The notes under the pieces were generated by a model, which saw only the letters and a program-made list of their open reading frames with translations, searched no databases and was not told the DNA's origin. A stretch of DNA of 64,000 nt from Torpedo marmorata. Taxonomy: Eukaryota. Of this stretch, positions 11,390-23,680 are shown one piece after another (the stretch's first letter is position 1; each line of letters begins with the position of its first letter). The stretch covers positions 64,294,001-64,358,000 of the forward strand of contig OZ360221.1 in the NCBI GenBank assembly GCA_977017645.1, read 5' to 3'. The position numbers and the translations under genes are program-made.

Positions 11390-13586
11390 GTTATAAAATA
11401 AACTGGGATAAGAGTGAAATTATGCCTCTTACTACAGGAGACTCTACTCAGTGTCAAAGAGAAACTCAATTTAAATGGCCAACGAATCGTATGAAGTACT
11501 TAGGTATACGAGTAAATAATGATTTAAAAAACTTATATAAATTGAATTACTTACCTTTATTGAAGAAAATTGGAGAAGATCTTAATAAATGGCTGAAAGA
11601 CCAATGCATGTGACGGGCTGCTGGCGACTCGAGGCGAGGAAGGGATTTCTTTAGAAAAATTAACATGGACATATGAGTTGGGAGGTTTACAACTTCCAAA
11701 TTTTAAGAATTATTATAAAGCAACACAAATGAGATTTATAGCATCTTTTTTTGAAGAGGGAGAGAAATCGGCGTGGATTAAAATAAAATTAGATAAGATA
11801 GGAGAAAAAATACCAGATTTTATATATAAATGGGAATCAAAATTAATAATGGGTGATAGAGAAACCCCTCTGTTGAAACGTTTGATTAATTTGTGGAAAA
11901 AAGAAAACATTGATGATGAAATGAGGGGATCTCTGTTATCAAGAATGTCTTTAATTCAAAATCGACTTATTCCTTTTACAATGGATAATCAACTATTAAA
12001 TATATGGTCTCGCAAAGGAATTAAATATATAGTAGATTGTTATGAAGGGGATAAATTAATGTCATTTGAACAATTAAGAAATAAATATGGAATACAAAAT
12101 AATACACTTTTTTGTTACTATCAGTTAAAAGCATATTAAGAGAAAAATTAGGCCCAACAATGTTATTGCCGAAACCTAGTGACATTGAAATTTTGATTCG
12201 GAATAGACATATTAAAAAATTTACTTCATTTATGTATAATTTATTACAAAAAGGAACTTCAAAAAAAGGAATTCATAGATCTAGACAAAGATGGGAGATG
12301 GATTTGAATATAAATATTGATGAACGAAACTGGTCGGAGTTATGTCGAGATAGTATGACAAATACAATAAATGTTAGGTTGTAGCGGCCCGCGACCTACT
12401 CCGCAGGCCGATACAGGGAGCCGTGTTCGAACACGGCAATCGCGCAGGCTGCACGTGATTCGGACAGCCCGTTCCCATAGGCCACAATGGCAAGGAGGGA
12501 ACGGGCCAATCCCTAAGGATGGATCGTGGCCCGACCAATCCTGGGCGTCGCGCCTTAGGCCACGCCCCATCCGTGACGCAGCAGTCAGGCTCGGCCCGCC
12601 TATAAAAGGCGGAGCCGACGGCAGAATAGGCAGTTCTGTCTTGACACTCAGAGGGTGTGTATCTTTCTCCTGAGCTCCAGAACTAGAGCGACGACCAACT
12701 CGACGACCAACTCGACGCGCAGAGCAATAGCTGTAGCGACGCGCTAAAAGGTACAGATTGGTTCAATATAATTTCTTACACCAATTATATATTACACCAC
12801 AGAAACTGAAAAGGTTAAAATTAGACTTATCAGATCAATGTTTTTGATGTAATCAGGAAATAGGAACTTTTTTACATTCAACTTGGTCCTGCCCTAAAGT
12901 AAGATCTTTTTGGATAGATTTTAAAACCTTTTTAGAGCATATTGTGAGAACTAAATTTCCACAAGATCCAACGTTGTTTTTATTAGGTAACATTGAGGAG
13001 ACACACAAAACATAAATTGAAATTAAATATGTATCAAAAAGAATTCTTAAAAATTGCATTAGCAGTAGCAAAAAAATGTATAGCAGTAACTTGGAAATCA
13101 GACTCCCATTTAGGTATGGAACTGTGGAATGCAGAAATGCGAAGTTGTATCCCACTTGAGAAGATTACTTACAATTTAAGAAATAAATATGATGTATTTT
13201 TGAAAATATGGTGCCCATATTTACAAACTGGAGGAATAAACTTATAGTCTTTTGTTTTTTTTGGGGTTTTTTTCTTTTCCCTTATCAAGTGCCTCATTAA
13301 TTTCCCCCTGAGAAATATATGAAAAAAAAGTAACTAATTAAAAACCGTGATGTAGGTGGAGACTTTTTACCATCCAGGACACTTTATCTTTCTTCATACT
13401 TTTCTTTTATTTCTTTTCCTTCTTTTCTTTCTTCTTTTCTGGGGTTTTGGTTTGGGGGGAGGGGGGCTGGGATTTACCCATCGTGTATAAGCAGTGTAAT
13501 AATAACAAACTGACAGACATCTTGCTATGTATTATATAATTATGCATGTATGGACAAACATTTTCAAAATAAAATATTTCCAAAAA
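11390..13586 (+). mobile_element. L1-like LINE, 5'-truncated ORF2 C-terminal half, decayed
   Basis: YKINWDKSEIMPL, KYLGI, GGLQLPNFKNYY, TFLHSTWSCPKV zinc-knuckle remnant, PLEKITYNLR; A-tail; possible TSD AAAGGGA (11383-11389, 13587-13593). Confidence 0.88.
12380..12748 (+). mobile_element. Solo LTR (Gypsy-like), 369 bp, inside the L1
   Basis: Ends TGTAGCG...CGCTAAA (CA end mutated); 4-bp TSD AGGT; removing it restores L1 frame NTINVRYRLVQYNFLH; TATAAAA at 12601. Confidence 0.88.
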
Positions 13587-13769
13587 AAAGGGAATTATTG
13601 CATTAAATTCTGTCCTTTTATTGTATAAAGTTACTTCCTGAAGTCTGTGAAAAAAAACCAGTTGTTAATGTTATTTTGGAGAGGAGCAATTAAGATAAGA
13701 TGAAGTTTTATTTAAAACAAATCCAAAGACTGTATAATTCTTCATTTGGTGAATTGATGATAATGATAA

Positions 13770-15065
13770 TGACAATGAATTTATTTACATACAGTATATA
13801 TTGCACAATGTACATACGGACCAAAATTCTAACTTGCTGCAGCTAAACAGGTAGTATACCTTAAGTTGAATTAAAAAGAGGTAATAAATACAAAAGATAA
13901 ATAATAAATATTCACAGTTACGATAGTGCAAGGAAAACAAAGTGAAGTTGCAATAGTACAGATCGTCCTTTTGTGATGTCAGAGCAGTCTCTGATTAGTG
14001 TAAGAGGAAGTTCATGAGCATGAGACCTATTGAAAAGAAACAGGCTACTGTAACTTCTTCCTGAAAGTAGCCATGCAAAGAGGTAGTGAACAGGGTGATA
14101 GGGGTCCTTTATCATGTTGGCTGCCTTCTTGAGATGGATGGGAGGTTGGAGTCTGTGATAGATCTAGCTATGATTGCTACCTTCTGCAGCTTTCTGCATT
14201 CCTGGCCATTCGAGTTTTCAAACCAAGCTGTGATGCAACCATTTAGTATATTTTCCATGGTGCACTTGCAGAAGTTTGATAGAGTATTCGACAGCATGCC
14301 AAATCTCCTCAGACTTCTTAGAAAGTAAAGGCGTTGATGTGTCTTCTTCACGGTGGCCTCAATGTGTGTCTTTTGATACATGGACTCCGAGGAACTTGAA
14401 GGTACCAACCCGCTCCACCTTTGTCCCAACAGTGTGGAAAGGTGCATGATCCCTCAGCACCTCCTTCCTAAAATTAACAATAAGCTCTTTGGACTTGGTG
14501 ACATTGAGAGCAACATTGTTGTTTTGGCATCACCCAATCAGATTCTTGATCTACATCAGGTATTCTGACTCATCATTTCCAGTTATTCAGCCAAAAACAG
14601 TGGTGTCATCAGCAATTTATAGATTGACTTGGCTATGCAGTCATAAGTGTAAAGGGAACAGACCAGGAGAATAAGCAAGCAGCCTTGGGGTGCCCCTGTG
14701 TTGATGGTCAGTGAGGAAGAGGTGATGTTGTTGATTCACACTGATTAGGGTCTGCTGATAAGGAAGTCAGGATCTAGTTGCAGTTTGGTCATGAGTTTTT
14801 CTGGTATGATGGTGTTGAACACTGAGCTGTAGTCAATGAACAACAGCCTGATGTCAGTGTTCCTGTGGTATAGGTGATCTAATGCAGAGTGGAGGGCCAA
14901 CGAGATGGTGTCTACCGTTGACCTGTTGTGATGATAGGTGAATTTAAGTGTGTCCAGATCCTTCCTGAGACAAGATTTGCTCCATAACCAACCTTCATAG
15001 CTCTTCATCACATTAGACTGGCCGATAGTCATTGATGCAGGTCACCTTGTTCTTCTTGGGTAGCA
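13770..15065 (-). mobile_element. Rex1/Babar fragment, decayed
   Basis: IRLLFIDYSSVFNTIIP, KKTHQRLYFLRSLRRFGM, IKDPYHP motifs. Confidence 0.82.
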
Positions 15066-15339
15066 GAATAATGGATTAACCAAATGAGCATTGTAAAGAA
15101 TTTTGATATTAACTATTTATCAGTAACTGCATTACCAAATCTTAATTCTGATCATTATTTCTGAACTTTAAATAATAAACCAGCAAATCTGATTGATTTT
15201 AGCTCTAAAAGCTCTAGTCTCTCTTAGTTATTCCACTGTATGAAACTCTGTCATTACACTATTTAAGATACACCAGATAACATGTAAAACAAAATGAACT
15301 ACCAAGGCTCAAAGCACCATCTTGTTCATTGCTGCCTAT

Positions 15340-15960
15340 TCATAGCAGCTGTTGGCCTCATATCAATAAATGTACCAGCATTAAAGGTAGACCACATTAA
15401 GATGCATGAGGTCAAGGTTTGCTTCCTGGAACAGCTGCAAAATCAACAAAAGAGGGAAAGCACAAATAACACCTGGGTCACTTAAATCTGGTCACACTGC
15501 ACACGATTCTCTTAACAGCAATCCCAACATACACATCTACCACAACACTGTGTCAAAGACAGACCACTCTCTAATTTATACCACTAGGCACATTGCCATT
15601 GTTTATTGTCCGTGTACAACCCTGTCAGAGCAGCCAGTTGTGCTCTGACCAAGATGTATATATAAAAGGATCAATAAGGTAGCAACGTCCATTGGCAAAG
15701 AAAACAGCCCCTCTTAAAACAAAGGCTCAGAAGGCCATCATCAATTGCAAGAAGCAGATGGAGAGATGGGTAGAACACTATTCGAGGAAATAAATCGTAA
15801 CCAAGGAGACTCTGGAGACCATAGAGAGGCCTCTTGGCATGGAAGGGTTAGTTTCTGAACCTGCAGTGGAGGAGCTTTATAAAGCTATCAAGTTGCTTAA
15901 CATGGCCAAATGAAGATACTATTCCACTTGAACTCATCAGGCACAGCACCCAGGCCACTA
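15340..15960 (+). mobile_element. Highly decayed RTE-like LINE fragment
   Basis: DHSLI endonuclease-end remnant and KTAPLKTK...KQMERWVEHYS motif. Confidence 0.45.
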
Positions 15961-16054
15961 AAATTTTACAGATCCTTTTAATGAAGTATCAGTCTGACCA
16001 TATTAACCTTTTCCTGCTGCTATGTCAAAATTGCAGACAGATGATCATTTAGCC

Positions 16055-18430
16055 CTGACCGATGCAACAGCCTTGACCCTCCACTCCATCCTGACCCACC
16101 TAGAGAACGATGCCTCATACATCAGGCTGTTGTACATTGACTTCAGCTCAGCGTTCAACCCAATCATTTCTCAGAGGCTAGTGAATAAACTGTCCTTGCT
16201 GCTACTGGATTCTGGACTTCTTAATTGAAAGAGCACAGTCTGTCCAGATTGGCAGCAAAACCTCAAGCCCCATCACACTGAGCACTGGCGCACCTCAGGG
16301 CTGCATGCTCAGCCTGCTACTGTTCATGCTGCTAACTCATGACTGTACTGCTAGGTTCAGTTCCAACGGAATCAGCAAGTTTGTGGATGATACAATGGTT
16401 GTTGGTCTCCTCGGCTTACAGAGAGGAGGTTGAAAGGCTGTACCGTGGTGCAAGAACAACAACCTGAGTCTCAACTTGGACAAGACAAAGGAGATGATTG
16501 TGAACTTCAGGAGGACGAAGGACCACTCCCCACTAAATATCAATGGCTCCATTGTAGAGAGAGTGGAGAGCACAAAGTTCCATGGCGTCTATTTAAAGGA
16601 CGACCTATCCTGGACCCATAACAAAACCCCTCAGTAGTCAGGAAGCCGCAGTCACACCTACACTTCCTAAGGAGGAGGGCAAGGCGACCAGCCCCCATCC
16701 TAACAACGTTCTACAGGAGCACAATAGAGAGTGTCCTGGCTGGCTGCATCAGAGTGGTATGGTAGTTGCAAAGCATCAGATCGGAGGTCAGTACAGAGAG
16801 TGATTAATGCTGCTGAGAAGATCAGTGGGGTCTCCCTTCCCTCTGTCAATGATACCTACAGGGAGCAGTCCTTAAAGAGGGCTCAGAGAATCATCAAGGA
16901 ACCTTGCCATCCAGCCTGCAGTATCTTCGAGACACTACCTTCAAGGAAGAGGTAAAGGAGCATAAAACCAGGACTGCCAGGCTGGGAAACAGCTTCTTCC
17001 TGCTGTTGAGACTGTTGAACAATTCTAGGAACCCGTAAATTATTTTTATATACCATATATTTCGGCGTATAAGTCGACTTGCAGATAAGTCGACCCCCCA
17101 TTTTCAGCCTCATTTTAATGGTTTTATTGTATATCCGGCGTATAAGTCGACCCCCAAAAATCACGATGGTTGAGCTGCTGGGCGTTGACCGGCGTATAGG
17201 TCGACCCACAACGATCGCGCTGATTGAGCTGCTGGGTGTTGGCTGGAGGTGATTGTTATCATGGAGGCTCAATTGAAACGATGAAAGTATGAGGCGAGTT
17301 TTAAATTAAAAGTGATAGAAATGGCCAAGAAAACCAACAACTGTGCTGCTGCAAGAAAATTTGATATATATGAGAAGTTGGTAAGAGATTGGAGGAAGAA
17401 AGAAGATACTTTAAGAAAAATACCAAAAAGGCAATGTTCGATGAGAAGAGGAATCACTCGTTGGCCAGAGTTGGAAAATCCTGTCGCAGCATGGGTACGT
17501 GAACAGAGGCAAGATTGCTACATAGTCACCCGAAATAAAATAAGAACATTTGCACTGAAGTGGGCAAAGTCGCACCCAGAACTCAGTAATGATTTTGAAG
17601 CTACAGTTGGCTGGTGCAACCGTTTCATGAACAGGAAAAATCTGGTATTACAACAAAAAACAAAAATTGCTCAGAAACTACCAAAAGATCTTGATCATAA
17701 AGTTGTAAGTTTTCACCAGTTTATTTTACGTAACCGGCAGAAACACAAGTTTGCATTGGCAAATATTGGAAACATGGACGAAACCCCCATGAATTTTGAC
17801 ATGATAGGCAATAGAACAGTGGAATGGAAAGGTGTGAAAACTGTGCAAACAGGGACACTGACGACGAAGCTGAAGCCGCCTCATCAGATACAGACTGGGA
17901 CCCGTACGATGACTGTTTAAACAGTGAGACCCCGGATGTGCTTGCCAAGATCTTTGCCTCAGACGATGATAGCGAAAGTGATTTTGAAGGGTTCTAAATG
18001 TCTTGTTGTTTTCAATAAAAATGTCAATGAAAATTTGTTGCAGTCGGGTTTTTTTTTGGTTTTTCAAGGGTCGACTTATACGCCGAATTGGGTTTTCAAG
18101 GGTTGACTTATACGCCGAATCGGGTTTTCAAGGGTCGACTTATAAGCCGAATCGGCGTGGAGTGGTTTTTGAGCTGATTTTAAGGTCTCAAAAGTATATC
18201 CGGCGTATAAGTCGACCCCCGTTTTTAGAGAGATTTTTGAGGGTTTCAAGACTCGACTTATACGCCAAAATATACGGTATATTTATTTTGGATCACTATG
18301 TATATATGTTGTTTGTGTGTTGGGTGTACTGTGTGTCTATGTGTGTGCACTATAGTCCGGAGATACACTGTTTCGTCGGGTTGTATATGTATATGTAAAA
18401 TCAGATGACAATAAACTTGAACGTGAACTG
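16055..18430 (+). mobile_element. Rex1/Babar fragment whose 3' UTR is split by a pogo/Tc2 element
   Basis: [35 protein letters not shown] motifs; tail resumes at 18280 and ends GACAATAAACTTGAAC. Confidence 0.82.
17053..18277 (+). mobile_element. pogo/Tc2-type (POGK-related) DNA transposon, internally deleted
   Basis: 25-bp TIRs CC(A/G)TATATTT(C/T)GGCGTATAAGTCGA, TA TSD, repeated GGCGTATAAGTCGACC subterminal motifs; transposase from ATG 17261 (early TGA): FKLKVIEMA...NCAAARKF, WPELE...GWCNRFMNR, IGNMDETPMNFDM, then truncated. Confidence 0.92.
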
Positions 18431-18826
18431 TATGGTTTCCCAATCCCCTGGTGGAACAACAAATGCACCCCCATATGCCACAAATTAAAGTGGCATCCTG
18501 TTATTTCACAGGAAGCCTTCAAGCCCAAAGAACAACCAAATTAACTGAGGCACAAAGTGTGCCTCAGAGAAAAAACTTACCTTTCCAGAGAATTTTGTCT
18601 CATGAGTGCTCATAGGTTCCTACTATACTAAATATCCACATAAACTTCTTGAAAACATTTCCCTCAACATTACCAAAGCTGGTTAACTAATGTTTTCCTA
18701 TTCTGAAGAGCAAATTGTTTTTCTCTAACCATTTGATACAGTCCCAAGACAAACATTAAAGGGACCGTTTGATGAATATTTCTAAGTGACTGGCCATTCA
18801 GGACTGAGATGAGAAGAACATTCTTT

Positions 18827-21800
18827 TTTTTTTGAATATTTTATTTTTATTTTTTAAAGCCAAACATATTATCAATAACAAAAATAATACATCATCAAAT
18901 ATAATATTTGTCTGTTGACTATTATACTAAAAAACAACAAAATTACAAACAAAGAAGAACCCACCCACCTAATTCCCCCCTAAAAGAAAAAAAAGAGAGG
19001 AATAGAATAAGAAAATGTTGAAATAGAAAAGGAAAGAAGACGTTGGTGGCTCGTCGCCCACGCCGCAGGCTTAAATTACTTGGCATACTCGGATTTCTGA
19101 AGAGGAAATGGACATAGGTCCTGGAGGTGAGGGGGGGCCTGGTTATAGATTTACAGCCATGTGTTGTAAATATGGAGTCCAAATATTTAAAAATATATCA
19201 TATCTATTTCTAAGATTATAGGTAATCTTCTCAAGGGGAACACAGCTGTACATTTCCTCATTCCATCTTGTCATACCTAGATGGGAATCAGACTTCCATG
19301 TGACCGCTATACATTTCCTGGCCACCGCCAATACGATCTCCACAAATTTTATTTGAAATTTTGACAGCCTCATCTTAGGTCTTACGCCGGAGATATTGCC
19401 CAATAGAAATAATTCTGGGCGTTGTGGGAACTGAATTTCTGTAATTTGTTCTAAGAGTTTCCCTAAGTCCGTCCAGAAAGGTTTTACCTTGGGGCATGAC
19501 CAGGTTAAATGTAAAAACGTTCCTATTTCTTTGCCGCATCTAAAACATTTATCTGATATTTCTGATTTAAATTTATTCAATTTTTGCGGCGTGAGATACA
19601 ACTGGTGCAAAAAATTGTATTGCACGAGTCTGTATCTCACATTTATTGTGTTTTTCATACTGCCCCGACATAAGTTGGACCAGTTTTGTTCATTAATTAT
19701 TATATCCAAGTCTGACTCCCATCTCTGTCTAGATCTATGTAGCCCCTGTTTAGGGGTTCCTTTTTGTAGTAAAAGATAGGCTGCTGAAATAAACTTCTTT
19801 GTGATCCCCTTTCGAATCAAAGTATCCACTTCACTGCATTCCAGTAGGGTCGTTGATGGGCCCAATTTATCCCTTAAGTAAGATCTCAACTGGAAATAGC
19901 AGAAGAGTGTATTATTCATAATACCATACTTATTTTTAAATTGTTCAAATGACATAAGTTGTCCCTGCTCATAGCAATCCTCGACACATCTGATCCCTTT
20001 CCGGGACCAGGCGTCCAGGATCTTATTATCCATTGTAAAAGGTATACACCTATTTTGAGCCAGGGGCGTTTTTGGAGATAACCTCCCCTTATTCCCAATC
20101 TGATCATTTATTTTATACCAGGTATCAATTATGTGTTTCAACAGGGGGGGTTTCTTTCACAATGGATATTAATTTTTTATCCCATTTGTATATAAAGTCT
20201 TCTGCTATCTTCTCTCCCACCTTATGCAGTTCCATCTTTACCCAGGAAGGCTTGTCTCCCCCTTCAAAGAAGGAGGTGACAAATTTCATTTGGGCTGCCC
20301 AATAATATTTTTTGAAATCTGGAAGTTGTAAACCTCCCAGTTCATATCTCCATGTTATTTTTTCTGTGGAGACTCTGGCTACCTTACCTCTCCAAATGAA
20401 CTTCCTGATATTTTTATTTAATTCTTGAAAGAACCCTTGAGGCAATGGTATAGGTAGTGTTTGGAAAAGATATTGGATCCGTGGCAATATATTCATTTTT
20501 ATACAATTGACCCTGCCAATAAGTGTTATTGGCAGTACCATCCATCTGTTAAGATCCTCTTCAGCTTTTCTAAGCAAGGGGAGGTAATTTAACTTATACA
20601 AATCTTGTAAGTTGTTATTTGTTTTAATGCCTAAATATTTATCCCATTTGTCAGCCACTTAAAATTTATATTCCTTTGGTATTGAGTATAATCTCCACCC
20701 GTAAGTGGCATTATTTCACTTTTGTACCAATTTATCTTATAACTGGAAATTTTCCCATAATCTTCCAATTTTAAGTGCAATTTTTCTAAAGAAACTGCTG
20801 GTTCTGTCAGGTATATCAGTACATCATCCGCAAATAAGTTAATTTTGTGCTCTTCCTGGTTAACCCTGAATCCCTTAATGTCTGGATCTTGCCGAATAGC
20901 TTCTGCTAACGGTTCTATAACCAAAGTAAAATGAGCCGGAGACAGTGGACAGCCTTTCCTGGTAGATCTGGATAGTGGGAATGCTGAGGAAATGTGTCCA
21001 TTGGTCACAACTCTAGCTTGGGGCTTATTATATAAAGCCTTAATCCAGTTTATAAAATTATGTCCAAGTCCAAATTGTTCCAGCACTTTGAATAAAAAAT
21101 CCCACTCCACTCTATCAAAAGCTTTTTCTGCATCCAGGGCCACAGCAACACCTTGATCCCCTCTTGTTTGTGCCAGATGTATTATACTAAGCAATCTGCT
21201 TACATTATCTACTATTTGTCTTTTTCGTATAAAGCCTGTTTGGTCCATATTTATCAATTTTAGCAAAAAAACTGCCAGTCTGTTTGCCAAAGCTTTTGCA
21301 ATGATCTTATCGTCTGAATTTAATAATGAAATAGGTCTATAAGAAGACGGCTTTAATGGATCCCTATCTTTTTTGGGTATCACTGTAATTATTGCTGTTG
21401 AGAATGATTCCGGGAGGGTATGTGTCTCGACCGCTTGATCCAGCACCTCCATAAGTAGTGGTATCAAAAGATCTTTAAATTCTTTGTAAAATTCAGGTGG
21501 AAATCCATCCTCCCCCGGAGATTTATTAATTTGCAATGAACCCAGTGCCCCCTCCATCTCTAGTTGGGTAAAGGGGGCATTGAGCTCCCCCTGCTCTTCT
21601 AAATCTAGATTTGGAAGATCCAATTGTGACAGGAATCCTTCAATTTCACTAATATTCCTTTGAGATTCTGATTCATATAGTCTAGTGTAAAATTGTTTAA
21701 AGGCCTCATTAATATCCTGTGGTTTATAGGAAATCCTGTCTGTTTCCATTTTGATCGCATTAATCGTTCTTGAGACCTGTTCTGTTTTCAACTGCCATAC

Positions 21801-22080
21801 TAAGACCTTTTGGGCTCTTTCCCCTAGATTATAGTATTTTTGTTTAGTTCTGGTTATCATTTTCTCCATTTTATATGTTTGTAATGAATTATACTTGAGC
21901 TTTTTATTAATTAATTTTCTACGTTTTTCCTCTGAGCCTGACTTTTGAAGGTCTTTTTTTCCAAATGAGATATCTCGTGTTCTAATTCATCCACCTCCCT
22001 TGTATATTTCTTTTTCATCTTTGTAGTGTAACTGATTATTTGTCCTCGCAAATATGCATTTAAAGTATCCCAGATAATAA
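18827..22080 (-). mobile_element. L1-like LINE, 5'-truncated, ORF2 RT to C-terminus with frameshifts
   Basis: KSPGEDGFPPEFYK, YRPISLLNSD, LDAEKAFDRVEW, GCPLSP, LFADD, CFRCGKEIGTFLHLTWSC; 15-bp TSD AGAAGAACATTCTTT (18812-18826, 22081-22095); inserted into a CR1 fragment. Confidence 0.95.
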
Positions 22081-22325
22081 AGAAGAACATTCTTTATCTA
22101 ATCAGTAATGAATCCTTGGAATTCTCTACCCCAATGGACTGCAGAGGTTCAGTCGATGATTCAAAGCAGAAATTTTTGAAGGTCAAGAAACTCGAAAGAC
22201 ATCAGATAAAAGCAGAAAATTTGCACCAAGATAAAAGATCAGCCATGATCTTATTGGATAGCAGAGTAAAGTCATGGAGCCAAATGGCCTCCTCCTGCCT
22301 CTACTTCTTATGTTCTATTTATTTA
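22081..22325 (+). mobile_element. CR1 3' fragment (continuation of ~18790-18826)
   Basis: aggactgagatgagaagaacattcttt...ttggaattctctacccc and tail gagccaaatggcctcctcctgc. Confidence 0.7.
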
Positions 22326-22547
22326 AAATTTCTACTTCCACTGAGGAATATTTTCTATTCTATTGAGTTTTTAATTAATTTAGCCAATAACTTTTTCTTT
22401 AGTGTAGAATTTGACAAAAAACTGAATTTCTAGTAAACAATTTTTTCCTGTTTTCCCCATTGTGCCTTTATTGCTTTTAGAACCAATGGCTCAGTGAGTA
22501 ATTCAGTGCATCATTCATATTATGTCAAGCAGTGGGAGTCAGGTGAC

Positions 22548-22840
22548 GTAGAACATAGAACTGTACAGCACAAAAACAGGCCCTTTGGCTCACAATGTCT
22601 GCGCTGAATGTGATGCCAAATTAAACCAAATCTCTCCTGCTTGCAACATCGCTCTATTCTCTGCATACTCATGTGTCTGTGTAGAAACCTCTCAAATGCA
22701 ACTATCATGTCTACTTCCATCAATAACCCTGGCAGCCTATTCCAGACTCCTACCACTGTCTGTGTAAAAAACATGCCCTGCAAATCTCCTTAAAGCTTTC
22801 CCACTCTCACCTTAAAAGCATGACCTCCAGTATTTGACAG
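22548..22840 (-). mobile_element. CR1 3' fragment
   Basis: FFTQTVVGVWNRLP; tail GGGCCTGTTTTTGTGCTGTACAGTTCTATGTTCT. Confidence 0.8.
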
Positions 22841-22856
22841 CTTTAGTTACTCACTG

Positions 22857-23680
22857 TGTTACGAACCAGACAGCAGCAATAGAAATTAGCCCAGACACTG
22901 TTATATTTTAAATAATATTTTAAATTATTAATTAACCATAATATAACACCTTATCTAATTTATCTAAACTTATCTAACTTATCTAAACTTATCTACTTAA
23001 CCCCCAACTATGCGCGAATATACTTATGTGTGTGTGGAATACCGCAAGCTACTACAGCTCAGGCACAATTCTCGAAAGGCAGTTCAAAGTTCAGTCTCAG
23101 AAATTCAGTGTTGACACGCAGGCTTGAAATTGATGCAAAGAGGTTCACAAAGTAAGGGGGGAGAGACCGGGGTGACAGACTGTCATAAACTCATGAAATC
23201 CTTGTCGAGGCTTCCAGAGAAATGTCCTTTTCAGACGAGTGGCAATCAAAACTCCCCTTTTATTTGCATAAGGGTCACGAACCGAGTGATTCTCACTAAG
23301 CTTCCAGAACCCTTTCGTGGGTCAGCCATTGAAAGTGACTTTCCCTTTTGGTCACAGAGTGGTATACTCATTCCCCTATAACACGGAGAAATCAGACAAA
23401 TTGTCTATTACCACACGAGGCCCTTCAAAGAATGCTTCTCCAAGTGCTGTCTCCTTAAAATGGCCCCTGAGCAAACTGTCTACTGTGTCTTGAATCTGTT
23501 GGTCACATGGTCTCTGCACCTGTGTTTTCCAGAGCCACTTCCTCTCTCTTCAGATGTATCCAATTTAGTACACGCTGTCCTAGTCTGTCAGCTCACAGTC
23601 AAACTCCCAAACTTGCAGCTTGATTTGTTCTCTTAAAGTGACAGTCCCACTCAATGAAAATGAACTTGGAGCACGTAATA
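22857..23680. mobile_element. Solo LTR (Gypsy-like), 824 bp
   Basis: Ends TGTTACG...CGTAATA (CA end mutated); 4-bp TSD ACTG (22853-22856, 23681-23684); internal (TTATCTAAAC)n repeat near 22950-22997. Confidence 0.78.

Noticed and set aside
18060-18230. Spaced short repeats (GGGTCGACTTATACGCCG) resembling a CRISPR array
   Set aside because: Subterminal repeats of the pogo/Tc2 transposon in a vertebrate genome; no cas genes and no regular unique spacers.
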